A DNA stretch of 64,000 nt from the human T2T-CHM13v2.0 reference genome, Homo sapiens. Below, in pieces: positions 32,955-47,190 of this stretch; position 1 is the first letter of the stretch, and the number at the start of each line of letters is the position of its first letter. Both the position numbers and the translations under genes were made by a program. The stretch is taken from NCBI RefSeq assembly GCF_009914755.1, contig NC_060927.1; one strand, given 5' to 3'. The notes under the pieces were generated by a model. The model was not told the origin of the DNA. It ran no database searches and saw nothing but the letters and a program-made list of their open reading frames with translations.

Positions 32955-34334
32955 CCAACTGCTACTTTTTAATGTGGAGGCTCAGGACTTCCTGAGCAGC
33001 CCTGCTGAAAAGCAATCTGAGATGGGCTTCAAGGGCATACATGTCTTCTGGATAAACAGGGCTGCCTCCTGGAATCAGAAACCCCTCACCTTACTGGGGA
33101 TGCTATGTGTTAGATAGAGGCTTCATTTCCCAGTGGTTCCATTAAATGGTCACTCTGATGCTATTACTAATGCAATGATAAAACAGTGATTTTATCCCGT
33201 GACTGTGATGTATAGGTTCTGTGAATGCATACTTTATTTCCACTGCCTCCAGCAATTCTACAAAGTAGGCGTTATTGGCCTCATATTGCAGACATGGCAA
33301 CTGAGGTCAGCGAGTTGAAATAACTTGCCAGGTCTTTCTGTTGCCAAAGTCTGTGCTCTCCATGCAACATTTTCTCAGTAAAGATGATTTTCCTTTCTCC
33401 TTTAAGGAATGATGAGCCTAGGGAGAAAATGCTGTCCTGGGAACTCAGAAGAAAGGACAGTGAATGAGAGGGTCCTAGGCAGATGGCCAGCCATTCAAGG
33501 GCAAGCCAAGGTGGGAGCTGTATATGCAGGCAGAATATCCAGGGTGCCTGAGGGAATGGAGCCAGAAAGAATGCAGCGAGAGGGAATGCAACAGCACTGC
33601 TTGTTCTGAAGCACAAAGCCAGCAGATTTCTGGGAATTTGCTAGACAGCAAGGCCAAGGAGAAAGCATTGCCAAGACTTGAGGAGTTAGGGTCACCAGGA
33701 ACTCACGGAAAGCTGGCCTCTGAGAGTGGCAGCTGAGGGGACAGCAGAGCTTCCTGTGCCTCCCAGTGCCTGGAAGGGAGGAGAAAGAGCAGAGGAGCCC
33801 TGGCCACCCCAGATATTCTAGTAGGAGACAGCCATAGAGGTGCCGGGTAGCAGTAACCATTTCTAAACCCTACAGGCCTGTGAAATGAGAGTTCTTTATA
33901 GACCTACTTGCTTCCACTTGATTCCAAGAGCAGAACAGGACAGCCCATCATGAACCAGTGAGGCTTGGTGGCTTCAGAAGTCCATGTAAAGATAGATGCT
34001 TTAAAACAGGGTTGGTTTTAGTCACACCTCATGGCCCACCTCATTCCAGGTGCATTTAGAATGTTTCTACATGCTCTACTATGCTTTGCATTGGTTCTTC
34101 AGCCAGTATGGTTGCTCTAAGCTGCCATACCTCCCCTGCCCCTACTACACATTTAAGGGACCTAAGGATGTCAGAAATCTCTTAGGATGCCTGGTCCTGG
34201 TTCTGGTTCTGGACTTCTTGTGCCATCCTGCTTTCCTTTCACTGTCATCTTGCTCTGAATCTTGCCTCTCTCTGCCTCCTGATGCCAACTTTATCTCATT
34301 CTTGCTGTACTTGACCTTGACCCTGCTCTTCTGT

Positions 34335-34770
34335 CTCAGAGTTAGTTTTATCTGCATATATGTGAATAACCCATTTCTCTTTTACATAAAAAAAATCAGC
34401 AGTGGGTTTAGGACTAGTGGGGTGGCTCCCCCATGTCATTGAGAACCCAAGTTCCTGCATTTCTGATCTACACAGCCTCTCAAAGACAAATCATAGATCA
34501 AGATGGCAACTAGAGCTCGAACCAGCATGGACAGAGGGCAAGATGGGGGAGAAAAGGCAGAATGACAAAATGGTGACCCTCCTTGCTGAATGAGCTCCCT
34601 CTAAGCATCCTATGCCCCACACATCACAGCCACTTTTATGTCATAGGCCAGGACCTAGTCACATGGCCACACCTAGCTGCAAGTGGTGCTGGGAAACACA
34701 GTCTTCATTCTGGAAAGCAATACCTAGAAATCAAGATTCTGTCATTAAAGAAGAAGGGAGGAAGGGTACT
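34335..34770 (-). mobile_element. Old MLT1 (J/K-like) LTR
   Basis: TAGGCCAGGACCTAGTCACATGGCCACACCTAGCTGCAAG motif; boundaries approximate. Confidence 0.55.
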
Positions 34771-35889
34771 TCCCTTCCCTCTTTCTATTCCTTCTTTCCT
34801 TCAGTGACCTAGGCTCACCGTTAATCATGGTTTGGGCGTTTCTTCTGGGTTCAGTATCTCATACTGCCAAGTATGAATGAAAACTAATACACATCTAACC
34901 TTAACTTAGTACCAACATCATAGCCATTCTTTGAGCTTCTCTGTCTTCTTCTGCACACTGTTGCTCACCACTGTTTGCCCAAATCCATTGCATTGATCTA
35001 GACACCTGCCTTGTTGTGATTAAGCTCACACAAAGCACTACAGCAGCTGAAGGCAAACACAGTTTCTGTCCTGAATCCTTTCTCTCTTTTTTTTGGTTTA
35101 ATGAACCAATTTGACAGATAGATTTAGAATAGGAAAGTAAAGTTCCTGGGGCATATAAAAAGTAAACAATCTCTACTTCAACTTTGGAAATTCTTTCAGG
35201 CAATAAAATAATAAGTAAATACACAAAATGAAAAAGCTCAAAAGCTACAGCCTCAAGGTACCCTAGTTCAGTGATTTGCAATCTAAGTAGAGGAATCCAT
35301 TTAAAAAAATCTCAGGCTGATTTCCAATATGTAAAAGATATAAAATGGTGTTTTAGTTCCATAAATTTACTTATACATCATAATATATACTTACTTATAA
35401 ACACTACCAATTAAATAAAATGAAGCTATATTAATAAGTTTAACTATTTGAAACCCGGATTTACAGATGTAGTCTTACAACAATGTTAATACCCAGTTTA
35501 TTTCTATGTGCATTTTTTTGTTTGATTTCATAATATCATGGAAATCTGGATATAGACAGATAAGTAGTTCTTTTTACGGTTTATCTCACAGCTTCAGTCA
35601 TGTTCTTCAATCAAGTGTAGATGACAAGGGCAGCTTTCTTCTGAATCCACCTAGTACAGAGTGGTAAATGACCCTGGCAGCTCCAGATAACCGACTGGTG
35701 GCTTCAAAATATTAAAATTCAATACATGATGTGTTTAAATGTGCATGTTGTTTTTTATTTCAACATTATAAATAGTTAAGTATATTAAAATGGAATTAAA
35801 CCCAACAGTTACAGAACCCCTGGAATACTGAAGTCCATGGAGACATCTCCAAGTGTAATAGCTTAGGTTTTTGTCTCACCAAAGTTGCC

Positions 35890-36365
35890 TGTGGTCGTTA
35901 ATTTTATGTGAACTTGACCGGGCCCCAGGGTGCCCAAGTTAAATATGATTTCTGAATGTGCCTGTGAGGGAGTTCCTAAGTCAGATTAGCATTTGAATAG
36001 GTGGACTTAGTGAAGCAGATCATTCTCCCCGCTTGTGGATGGGCATCATCCAATCCACTGAGGGCCTGGATAGAGCAAGAGGTAGAGGAAGGAAGAATTT
36101 GCCACCTTTTACCCTGCCTCATAGAGTAAGCTAGAACATCTCATCTCATCTTTTCCTGCCCTTGGATTGGGATTTATGCCATTGGCTTCCCTGGTTCTCA
36201 GGCCTTAGGACTGGAACTGAATTACCCCACTGACTTCCCTGGGGTTCCAGCTTGCAGACAGCAGATCATGGGAGTTCTCGGCCCCCATAATTGCATGCGT
36301 CTACATATATACACACACATTCTCTCTCTCCCCTATTGGTTCAGTTTCTCTGGAAAACCACATCA
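35890..36365 (+). mobile_element. MLT2 (ERVL) LTR
   Basis: TGTGGTCGTTAATTTTATGTGAACTTGAC...CCTATTGGTTCAGTTTCTCTGGAAAACC. Confidence 0.85.
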
Positions 36366-36994
36366 CACCTGCATTCCACTCCTCTTCCTTCACTGCCCTG
36401 CCAGCTCCCCTCAAGGAGTGTCTGGTCTGCACTTACTGAGGGAGGAATTACACTCCCTTTTTGCATTTCTTGCCGACACTGTTGCTATTTGCTGCAAGCT
36501 GCATTTCTATTTTTCAGCCTGTACAGCTTCTCTCTGGTTACCCCATGTCCCCCTCCTCACACCTTTCTCTATTGTGTCTTTAGTGAGGGAGGTCTGGGTG
36601 AGACAAGCAGGACATGGGGTTAACAGAGCGAATCACGTTTTTGCACTTCCATTATTACTCTTGTGTCAATCCTGGAGAAGTAAGAACCTTAACAGTACCT
36701 TGCTTCTGTGATGTGCAGGAGAAGCAAGTGTGCAGAATGGTCTCTGCTGGAAGAAGGAAACCTTTTATTCCCGTGGAAGGAAAGAGATCATGGAAGTGTC
36801 TTACAAAGTGCAGCACCCAGATTTTAGGAGCCCAAGCTGTGCACATGCTGTGCTGGTTCAGAAGAGAAGGAGTCTTATTCCTGTCTGAAACTTTCCCCTG
36901 AGATCAGAACATGTGTCTTCATCCAGCAGCAACATACTGGAAAGAGGGAACCTCTGTTGTTTTCTGTGGCATCTCACCAACTATGGGAAGTGGT

Positions 36995-37210
36995 CTGCTG
37001 TGGAAAAGAGAAATTGGGACTTCAGGATGGGGCTTGGATTCCAGCCCAGGCTTAACCACTCATTAGCTTTGTGAGCCTGAGTTAGTTTCATAACCTCTCT
37101 GTGCCTTGGTTTCCTGATACGTAAAATGGAGGGATGATGGCTGCCTGCCTCTACCACACATCATCACTGTGCAACTAAATGGAATCAGCATCTGCAAAAG
37201 TTCTTTGTGC
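36995..37210 (+). mobile_element. MIR (other MIR relics near 5440, 30960, 33250, 37990, 40800, 52000)
   Basis: MIR core CATAACCTCTCTGTGCCTTGGTTTCCTGATACGTAAAATGG. Confidence 0.7.
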
Positions 37211-39689
37211 CTGTGGAGGTTGCACATTGTCATTTTAGGCAGCTCAGGCATATCTGAGAGCCAGTGAGCAGCTTATTAATTTAAAACATAAAGGATGCTT
37301 AATTTCTCACTTCTGTTCTCATCCTGTCTGGTTCATATTCTAAACACAGCTCCTGTTGTATTGGGTCCCAGTGCCAGCGGCACTAAAATCTATTGATGTA
37401 CCATAAGCATTAAATTTATTCATAAGCATAACTCCATTTTCATAAGGAGGAGGAAACATCTCTCTTAGGGCATTTTGTGTACTTGATGTTTAGGAGGATA
37501 TTTATAAGGAGGCATTTTTTTGGGTTTGCTTTCCTGTGAAACTGTGATGATTTAAGATTCTTATTTAATTAAATGTGTATTTTGCCATTTCTACCCATAT
37601 AAACAAAATTATGAGTGATTTGTAAACATTTCCAGAATTCCCAAGATCAAAATCTTAAAAGGCTCCTTTGGTATAATTTATTTGAATTTTTTCCCTGTGC
37701 TAAATAAATCTTAAGAAATAATAAGGAGAAATAATAAGCAAAATGTGAAACAGTTTACACAATTTACAAAATAATGGTTTTAAGTTTCTTTGACTCCCAT
37801 CTTTCATATTATTTTCCTGCAGACATCCAGACATTCAGCAGAACATCCCCTGGGATCTTGGGATGAGAACAATTACCCCCATTAGCATTCTGAGGATGTC
37901 ATGGAGCAGTGGGAAGAACCTGGGCCCTGTACCTGGGACACTTGGACCCACACCAGAGTCCACTACTCCCTGGACAGTCATCCCTCCACTGTGCCTCAGT
38001 TTCCTCACATGTACAATGAGGACACCAAGCCTTACACTCTTCCTGTACTTCCTATTCCTGCCACCATTGTGGTCTACGGTAGTTTCTATCTCTCTGGAAA
38101 GGTCTTACATGTCGAGTCATTTTATAATGAGGCTCAAAGGCTGGTGACCTGGGAAACTTGTCCCAGTTACATACATTTTGTTGGATCCATGTACATGTTT
38201 TGAATCAGGAAAATTTACATAAAAATTTAATTGGGAGCTTTTATTGAGAAACTAGAGGATTTGCAATGCTGGCCTTACGTTACAGTTTTTGTCTGGGCTT
38301 GAGTTACCTCTGGCACTTCATTGGGTCAGAAGGTCTGGGCTCTCCTGCTCCCCAACATACCCTGGTCTTTCACACTCATCTCACCTGTCCAGACCGTGTG
38401 CCCAGGGGAGTTTGGTGATCTTTTAGCAGAGTCCATTCTATTTGCTTTTCCTAGTGGGGCAAGGCAGTTAGTGGAGGTGTCTCTAAGAATGAGAGATGAC
38501 CTCAACTTTTAGTGGATCTGTTTTATTAAGCACAAGTTAAGAAGATGCCTACCTTCCAAAGTTGCATTTTGTTCTTGCTGGTTCCTCATAGAACAGTGCT
38601 GTGAGGAATCTCAGAGTTCTAATTGGCTTATGTGATTACATCTGGAAGTAATTAGGTTGGGTCTAAAAAATATGGCTGCAAGGTGAGTGAGAGTTCAGTT
38701 ATGAATTTGTTCAGGTTTGTTGCAGGCCCCTGTCCTCCACCTGAGAGCTCCAGGGAGCAAGGGCCAAGTGGAGAGCCAGTCAGAGTACTGCAAAGACAAG
38801 TGAGAGAAGCTTTGATCAGGGTTGAGACATGACCCTGAGTCACACTTCAGGCTCACCTTTCACAGAGGCTACAGTAACATTCCAAGAACATCTCCCTCAC
38901 AATCATGGATTCTGGGACCAGCAGGGTCATAGCAGGGCAATGCCAGAGGAGGGGAGCTCTAGGGGGCCCTGCATTCCCCTCTGCAAGGGAGCCAGATTCT
39001 GCACAAGGGTTGGGTGCCACAGGCTGGCCCAGTGGCATGGCCTGGTAAGCTCCTTAGCCAGGACAGCCAGGCAGGTTGTCATCATCTGCTGTTCCTCCCT
39101 CAGCCCTCAGTGTGTATCTGCAGCAGGGACTTCTGTGCATGCTTGCACTTGGCAATTGATCTTATTTTGTACTCTGTGTCTTTTAAAGACATTATTATGA
39201 TAATACTGTTGATAAAACTGAACAACACCTATAACCTAACATCATATCTATTTTGAAATTTAGTAAATAAGAAAGTTTATCTCACAAACCACTCCTAACT
39301 GCAGTCCAGTTTCTATAACATTCCCCACTTCACTGAAACCACTCTTCCTAGTGGTTTTAGTAACTCTAGTGAACACATTTTGGTCCTCATATTGCTTGAC
39401 CTCTTTTGGCATTGGGCAAAGGTGGCCATGCCCTCCTTGAAGAATTCTTGCCACATCCCCCACACCCTCCTGATTTCCTCCTACTCTGTCTACCGGCCTC
39501 ACAGGTAAGCAGGTGGCTTGGTCCTAGACTCCCTTCTTCCTTCTGTCCTCTTCTCCTTGGATAATTGTGTCCACTCCCATCTCTATGCTGGTGACTACTG
39601 CATTTTTATCTTCTGCCCAGCTTCTCCTCTGAGCCTCCGACCTGTGTTTCCTCTTGGCTATTCCACATTTCTGCTTTGATATTTTAGTA

Positions 39690-40120
39690 ATGGCTGTTGG
39701 TGCCTCATCCAGAACCCCTTCACTGCCAGGTATGCCTATCCCCCAGTTCTGTGAGTGTGGGGCAGCTGCGAGCCCTTAGCAGCCCTTTCAACCAGTCGTC
39801 CTCCACCAAACAGGATCTGCCTCCTTCAAGCCTTTTCCCAATTTGGAGGCAAGATCTCTGCCAATGACCAGCTGATGTAGGATACAAAAAGCCCAGCCCT
39901 CTTACTTCAGGTGGGATAACTCTGTGCTGTAATCCATGCTCCAGAGTTCCCCATGGGGTCAGACTGAAGCCGACTGCAGACCAGACCACAGCCAAGACTG
40001 CAGCCTTGCTCAGCGGGTTGTCCTGGCCCAGCCCTGTTTTTCTCACTGCTCCCCACCTGAGGGAATTCCTTTCAACACAGTCTCCATCTCAGGCTCTGCT
40101 TATTGAATCTGATCTAAGTC
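39690..40120 (+). mobile_element. Old MLT1 LTR inserted beside L2 (39280-39680)
   Basis: 3' end TCTCCATCTCAGGCTCTGCTTATTGAATCTGATCTAAGTCA; interior resembles 3495-3870 in opposite orientation. Confidence 0.6.
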
Positions 40121-42479
40121 AGAGGTCATTGTCACAGCTTGAAATTACTGTATCTCAAACTTAATGTCTCCCAACCCCTCAGTGTCTTATTAACGTACAC
40201 AAAGCATACGTGCAGTCAGTTAAAGTTTGTGCGGATTACAAGTCACAGATTGCCATATATCATGGCTCAGTCAGGTTTCCTGTAAAGAGCTGGCCAGAGT
40301 TGCTGGGCAGGGCCAGGTGTTACCTTCTTCTCCAGGTGAGGACATGGAAATTCTGAGAGGATACATACAAAGATCACACTCTAATGGGTTCTTGAACTCC
40401 ACATGCAATTCCCCTCATTGACATAATTACAGAGATCTGATTTCTGTCTTTTGGATTTCTGGAATTTCTGACCTCTGTCTTTTTGAATTTACTATTTAAA
40501 GCCACTTAACAAAATATTGGATACCTATACATGGAATATAACATTTTAAAATTTGAAGAGAACTTTAAGCAAAGCCAAATGCAAGTCTCCTGCACTCCCA
40601 CTTCCTTGCACATCCAGGAATGAAGCAAACATTACTAATCAAACAAGGCACCTTTCCCAGTGTATCTAGATGTGCCCTCAGAATTCTTCTTAATACAGTT
40701 CTCCAAATGACCACTACAAAACGATGAGTGTATGTTTAGATACAATGCTGGATAGAGATAGAAACTGGAACTCTCCATAACCCTTGATCAGGTTCAATCC
40801 CTTTACTGAACGCATGAGCAGACTGAGTTCTCATTAGGTAGGGCTTGCTCAGGATGAGGCAGCCTGTTAGTAGACAAGTCAGTTCTCAAACCCAACCCAG
40901 CTGACCCCTGATTCTGTATTCTTTTGAACATCTAATTACTCATATTTGTATCTCTGTTTGTTTTGCTTGAATACCTAGCACCAACAGAAGTTTTTCTGAA
41001 AAAGATACATAAGGGAACTTTGAACAATTTCCTAAATTCATTTAATCAGGTAGATTTCCTGGAAAAGAGCTGAGAGTCTAAAATAAATAAAGAAATAATT
41101 TACTTCTTTTTTTTTTTTTTTTTTTTTGTCTGAAGGTGAGCAGTATTAGACAAGGAACTGACTTACTCCGGAAATTCCAGTTGTACCTAAGATGTCTAAT
41201 AAGGCCAGACTGTGAGTTTTTGGAGAAAGAATCAATTTGGTTTTCAGTTTAGCAGGTTAAATGTATATTTTTAATGTGAAGGCTTTCCCTCTTTTCACTA
41301 TTTAGCCTAATGAGTAATCAGCTTTGTCTTTTGTTAATTTGTGACTGGGTGTTACTGTGCATTTTCATTGTGAACAGGCAGAAATGAACTAATTTCTCAT
41401 GCAAAATGAGAGAATTGAGACCTCTATGAACTTTAAACTAGAAGTTTTCTCGTTTCCTTATGAATGTATCAATCATAGTTCAGCAAGATGTACATGAATT
41501 AGTGTTGCCTGTCCCTCTTTTGGAGGCACCTCCTTATTTGGCTGCCACATTACTGCATTATCTTGGTCTCTGTCTCAACACTCTGACAGATTTCTTGGTT
41601 TCATCAGTGCTTTTGTATTCTTTTGCTCCCTAACTATTGGTAATTTTCACTGCTTATCTTCAATATCTTCTCTTTGCTCTTTTACCATCAGAAATTGACT
41701 CACAGTTTCAGCTCCCACTTTTACAAGGATGATGCCATGATATAAATCGAGTGCTTGTCTCTCTCTCTCCAGAGCTCTATCCAGTCTGCTTTCCTGTCTC
41801 CCGCTAAACATGTTCACTTTGCTTTCAGTGAGTGAGACTAAATGCATGGTTTGCTACCCCAGTCTTCATTCTGACTTTCTTCTTCCTCTCCACAGTGTGT
41901 TCCCCTTATCATATGGGTTATGCAGACCAAAGACATGAGTGGTCTTTTGGTCCCTCATTTCCTGTCCCTCATTTCCTGTATCCCAGGCTTCACATCCTCT
42001 CAAATGTTTCGTCACCATGTCACTCATGCCCACATCACCCTTCCTGCTTCCACTGCCACCTCCCTGGTCCAGACTTTGCCAGCATTGGCCCTTGTCCCCT
42101 TCCTCTCACAGCTTCTACCTTTCCCATAGGCCCAGTAATTATAGCAATCCAGGGACTCCAAAAAGAGGTTACTTCCATAGGCAATGCTTCTAACATTATG
42201 GACAACCAAATCAATAAACTAGTCACAAAAAATAAGCATGAGAAAAATACTGGAAAGAAATGATCCCAAATAATAATACACCTCACCTATCTAACAGCCC
42301 ATACCAGAAACCCCACTTCCATCCCCAGCTTCTCACTACAATGAGCTCCAACGTTCTATGCAGCAGACTACTTAAAAACCTCTTTTTCATTACTTCCTCT
42401 TCAGTTCCCTTACCTGGTCTTCCCTGATGCTCTCAGCTTTTGTAACCATCATTGTTACCAAAAGTTTTAACTAATGTCT

Positions 42480-43100
42480 CTCCTCTGATCCTGCTAGCAA
42501 CCTTCTAATCCATTCTCTTGTGTCAGAGGTTTCTCTTTTTAAAGTAGATTGATAGTTTCATTGCCCATCATTGCCAATGAATTTGTCTTCTTGTCCCATT
42601 TACTTTAAAAAATGTTCATTCTTTGGGGTGGTGTGCAAGGCCCCTTAGGACCAACCACAAACTTAACCTGCTCCCCAGCCTTTCCTCACTATTTCTGACT
42701 CCAACTACTGAACCAACCACTCATACCTTCTCAAACACACCACGTTCAGTTATGTATCTGTACCTTTGTACAAGGTGTCTTCTCTCCCTACAATATCCTG
42801 CTCCATTCTCCTGCTAGTGAACTCCTGCACATCCTTCCTGGCCTAGCACAAGCAGCGATGCTTCTGTAAACTGCACCCCACCTCCCTGATTGCCCACCTC
42901 TGCTGCCTCCTTACATGCCTATTGACATGCCTGTCTCTTGTACCTCGGACTTTGTTCTGTGGCTATGTTTTTACCATTGTCTACTCCCTTAGGCTGTGAA
43001 CTGTGATTTATTTTATGTCCCCAGCACCTGGCAGAGAGCCAGGCATAAAATAGGAGCTTAAAGTCTTGGATGAATGAATACATGAAAGAATGAATGAATG
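42480..43100 (+). mobile_element. L2 3' region
   Basis: Ends CCCAGCACCTGGCAGAGAGCCAGGCATA...GATGAATGAATACATGAAAGAATGAATGAATG. Confidence 0.7.
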
Positions 43101-43391
43101 TTCCAGGAATAAGGGAAACAATTCAATCCCCCCCCCGCTTTTTTTTGTTAGACAACACATAAAATGTGTTTTTTTTTTAAGTGTGAATTACCATTAGCAC
43201 AATACCATTACCATTAGCATTGCAAGTGATTCAAATTAATGAGAGATACTCTACTTTGGAAAGAAAACTTTTTGGGCATTCAAATGGACTTAGTGAACAA
43301 AATTAATATCTCTGCAAGATGATAAGGATATATGTTTTGAACTGACATCTTTTAGGATTATTTTAAAGTTCCTTCTGTATTTGAATCTACA

Positions 43392-43678
43392 TTTTTAAAA
43401 ATAATTTCAGCTTTTATTTTAGATTCATGGGATACAAGCACTGGATTGTTACATGGGTATATTGCATGATGCTGAGATTTGTGATACAGATAATCCCCAT
43501 CACTCAGATAGTGAGCATAGTACCCATAGATAGTTTTTCAGCCCAAAACTCCTCTCTCTTCCACATCTAGTACTCCCCAGTGTCTGTTATTCCTGTCTTT
43601 ATGCTCAGGTGTGCTCAATGTTTACCTCCCACTTACAAGTGACAACATGTGGTATTTGGTTTTCTGTTCTTGCATTAA
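43392..43678 (-). mobile_element. L1PA16-like 3' end
   Basis: CTTTTATTTTAGATTCATGGGATAC...GGTATATTGCATGATGCTGAG...CCCACTTACAAGTGACAACATG. Confidence 0.85.
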
Positions 43679-46600
43679 GAATTAATATGTGTTTAATACC
43701 AATTTATTCTTACCAATTATTACTTCTAGATGTGTGATAGAGTCAACAAATAGTTGCAGCTGTTTAAGTTACTTGATTGTATTTATTTCTAGAAATAGAA
43801 TTCATACATCATTACTTACACCTTTCGAGTTTTGTGCCTTGGTGTTTTCTTTGGTCCAACGCCCTGGCTGTTTGACAAATCTTACCAGACAGTGCTTAAA
43901 TTTCGAGTGAAGATGAACATTAAAGACAGGAACAGACAAGTGACCAACCTGTGTGAAGTAGCACGTGTTATTTTGGGCCTGGTAACTGTCTATGGACTGA
44001 GGAGGGCTTTACTAGGAAATCATAAGGTTTTCCTTGAGCTCAAACGTATGGGTACAGAATATCAGTTGCAAAGATGGTATATGCACCCAGGAAGAACTGT
44101 ACGTGTAGCAAATGGCAGACTTTATATGTAAGGCATATAATCACTTTTCTTGGCCCCCCTGATTTTTCTAATTTATAATTTTGATATTTGTATCTTGTAT
44201 TCTCAAAACTGTTGGCAGTGTACCTCTCCAACACCATTGTAGCCAACACGTTGATATCAAGTGCTAACATGAACAAGCTTCAGTTCTGGAAGCTGTGCAA
44301 GTGAAGGGATTCCACCAGGCCCCTGGATGCTCATCATTCCAATATGGGGTGTAGCCATGTATGAGCATACTCTAGAAAGCAAGCAGAGTAAAGCATGGAA
44401 GCCCCTCTTCTCTACCTCCACAGATCTTGTAGGGATTAATTCTGCCAAATGCCTCACACATGCTAGCATTCCATAAAGATAATTCCCATTCCTTTTTATA
44501 AAAGCATGACTAAGGCAAGGAAGCCTTTACCCCCCTTTGCTCTGGTAAGGGAGATGTCACAGAAATGTAATATTTTAAGATGCTTTTAAAAAACATTCTG
44601 TAGGATTTTTTGATAGTTTTTGTACACAAATTTAGGAAAGGTGGTTCACTATACAGTAATAAGGGAATTTCCAGTTAGGAGGATCAGCTGTAGATAGACA
44701 TCAGAGGGGTAGCTGGCTTAGCAGCTAGAGGGCATCACCAGTGAGACTTGGCATCTCTCCACAAACTGACATTTACCTTTACAAATATTCTCTTCTAGAT
44801 GGATTAATCAAATATTAATAGAATTAAAGTAGGAGTTCACATACAATGCATGATGCATTAAATGTCAGAAAATGTGTGATGATCTGAGCTGTAGAGATCC
44901 TCTGAGCCTGTGTTCATCTTAGATGAGTGACAGAATGAAGTCTGGAACATTTCTATCTTGTTTACAACAACCAAGAGCGTGATGACAGTTTCATTTCTCT
45001 TGGGAGATAGTTTTTTTGCTCAAGGTCAAATCTACATCAGTGTGCCCAACAACAGGAAGAAAATTCTCTAGGACAAAAATATCTATTTCTGTGGGCACCA
45101 TGTGATACAGGTTTTGACCAACTCTGGAGGAGTGCTTGTACTCAGCCAAAGGCTTGAACTTTGGAAATTTATTTGTATATATTATTAGTATGTGAAGGAG
45201 GAATGAAACAGCTTTAAATTCTGACATATTGTACTTATCTTTTATTCAGAAATAAGAATCCTATCCCTTAGTGGCACTGAAGATGTGAAAACCACTTGTC
45301 ATCATATATGTCTGAATATTATTTTAGCTTTCCTATGGTGCTTAGTTTCAGGTAGATTAAAAGCAGACACAAAGCGGAAAGTTTTGCCTTATGCAAGATC
45401 CAAATTTATAGATGCAAAGGAAGAATTGATCAAATGTTCAGTTGTTTTGCCTACATGTTTTTTACAGTGTTAGAAGCCTAAACAATTAATTGTTAGGAAG
45501 TTTTAATTTTCATTTGTCCACTGCTCATGCTTTATCATAATCTCTTGCCCATTGGTTGAACTTGTATTTGAGGAGAAAGGACATGCACACCCAGCCACAT
45601 GATTCAGGCCAATCCTCCTGTACTAGGGACGAAGGTGGCCATTCCTGTCCTCCTCTTTAAGGAGTTCATTGTCCTATCAAAGGCACATAAGGAAAGTATT
45701 AAAATTCAGTGTGGTATGGGCTATAATCGAGTTAAGTACAAAGCAGTAGCTATGCATGGCAGAACTAGAGACTTGGTAGAGAAGATGACATTTGAAATGT
45801 GAGTCTTCAAGGAAAAAGATAAATTTGTCAGTAAGGCAGGGAGGGAATGGCACAGCATGTGGAGGAAAGGACACAGGCATGCACAGGGATGGAGCACTCT
45901 TTACAGCTCAAGGGATCAGCACAAAGGAGTCATCATCAAATGGCTCTGAGTATTCATGGAGGCATTGTTTTTGACATTTGTTTTGAGGCAGATCTCTCTG
46001 CTCTGGTCATTGAAGGCAGCTTGGAATGCTCGTGTGCAATGCAGGTCGGGGATGTGGAGCGTTCAAGCTAAGCCAATGGCAGAGCAGGAGCAGGGAAGGT
46101 GCCATTAAGGGTATTTTAATGCAGAATGGGTAGGATTTAATGCAAGATTAAAGCCTGAAGTAAAAGAGAGGGAAAAGTAGAGAATGACTCTTAGGATTCC
46201 AGAGGGATCTTTGGATAAAAGTTATGCTCTTTAGGAAAAAATACAGGAGTGGAAATAATACATGTATTATTAGATATTTTGAGTATTTTAGACGTTTTGA
46301 GTTGGATTCCACATAAGATCGTGACCTGGAAAAGAGACTGGCAGTTACAGATCCTAGGCAAAAATTCCAGGCAGTGACAATTCCTATGAGAAAATGTGAG
46401 ACTGAAGACATGAGAACCACTGGCACATTAACAGTAGTTTATGACACACATATGGATTACACTCCTCGATGGGGGAATATAGAACAAGGAAGGAAGTGGT
46501 CTAAGGAAAAAACTCTTGGAAAGAAAGAATGAAACATGAATTAATCTGAAGAGAAAGCCAGGTGGCTTTGAGGGAGTCACTGGTGTCAGGAGAACAGAAT

Positions 46601-46689
46601 GGTCACAAGTGCAGATGTCAAGGAGGCCATGTGGAATGTGGACTTTAAAAAAATCTGGATTTGACAATACGTGACTTCAGCTCTCTGAT

Positions 46690-47190
46690 ATGTCAGTCAG
46701 GGTTCCATCAAGAAAACAGAAACCATCTAAATATTTCATACAGAGAGTTTTTGATTTGGGAAACTGCTTACAAGAGTATTAGAAGAGTTGGAAAAGCAAC
46801 AGGAAAAACATAATGTTACCCAGAGATCAGTAACCATGCAGGCTGCCCCAGACTTAGGGTTGGAAGAGGAGGAAAGAGTGTTTAAGTAGGATCCCACAAG
46901 CCTGCACTCACTCGATGACATCACTGCTGCTGCCACTCTTACTACTGATGGGACCCCCACTGCAAGAAGGAACCAAGCCACATTCACCCACAGTCTCCTG
47001 CCTCTGCTGGAATGTAAAGCCGAAAAATGACGTCTCCCTTCCACCTCCAGTCTCACACAAATGCCTTCCATTGGCAGAGCCTAACCAACAACAGCAGGCA
47101 GAAGAATCTAGGAAAGGTGGTTTCCAAGCTTCCAGCCCCCTGTGCTACACAGAGGAGACTATGGAAATGGGAGTGGAAGAAAGAGGCTTG
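46690..47190. mobile_element. Ancient LTR-like element next to L2 (~45530-46680)
   Basis: TGTCAGTCAGGGTTCCATCAAGAAAACAGAAACCA terminus typical of old mammalian LTRs; family uncertain. Confidence 0.4.

Noticed and set aside
44718-44738. Weaker CTCF-like motifs (also ~32490, ~32600, ~45265)
   Set aside because: Mismatches at core positions; expected by chance in 64 kb.
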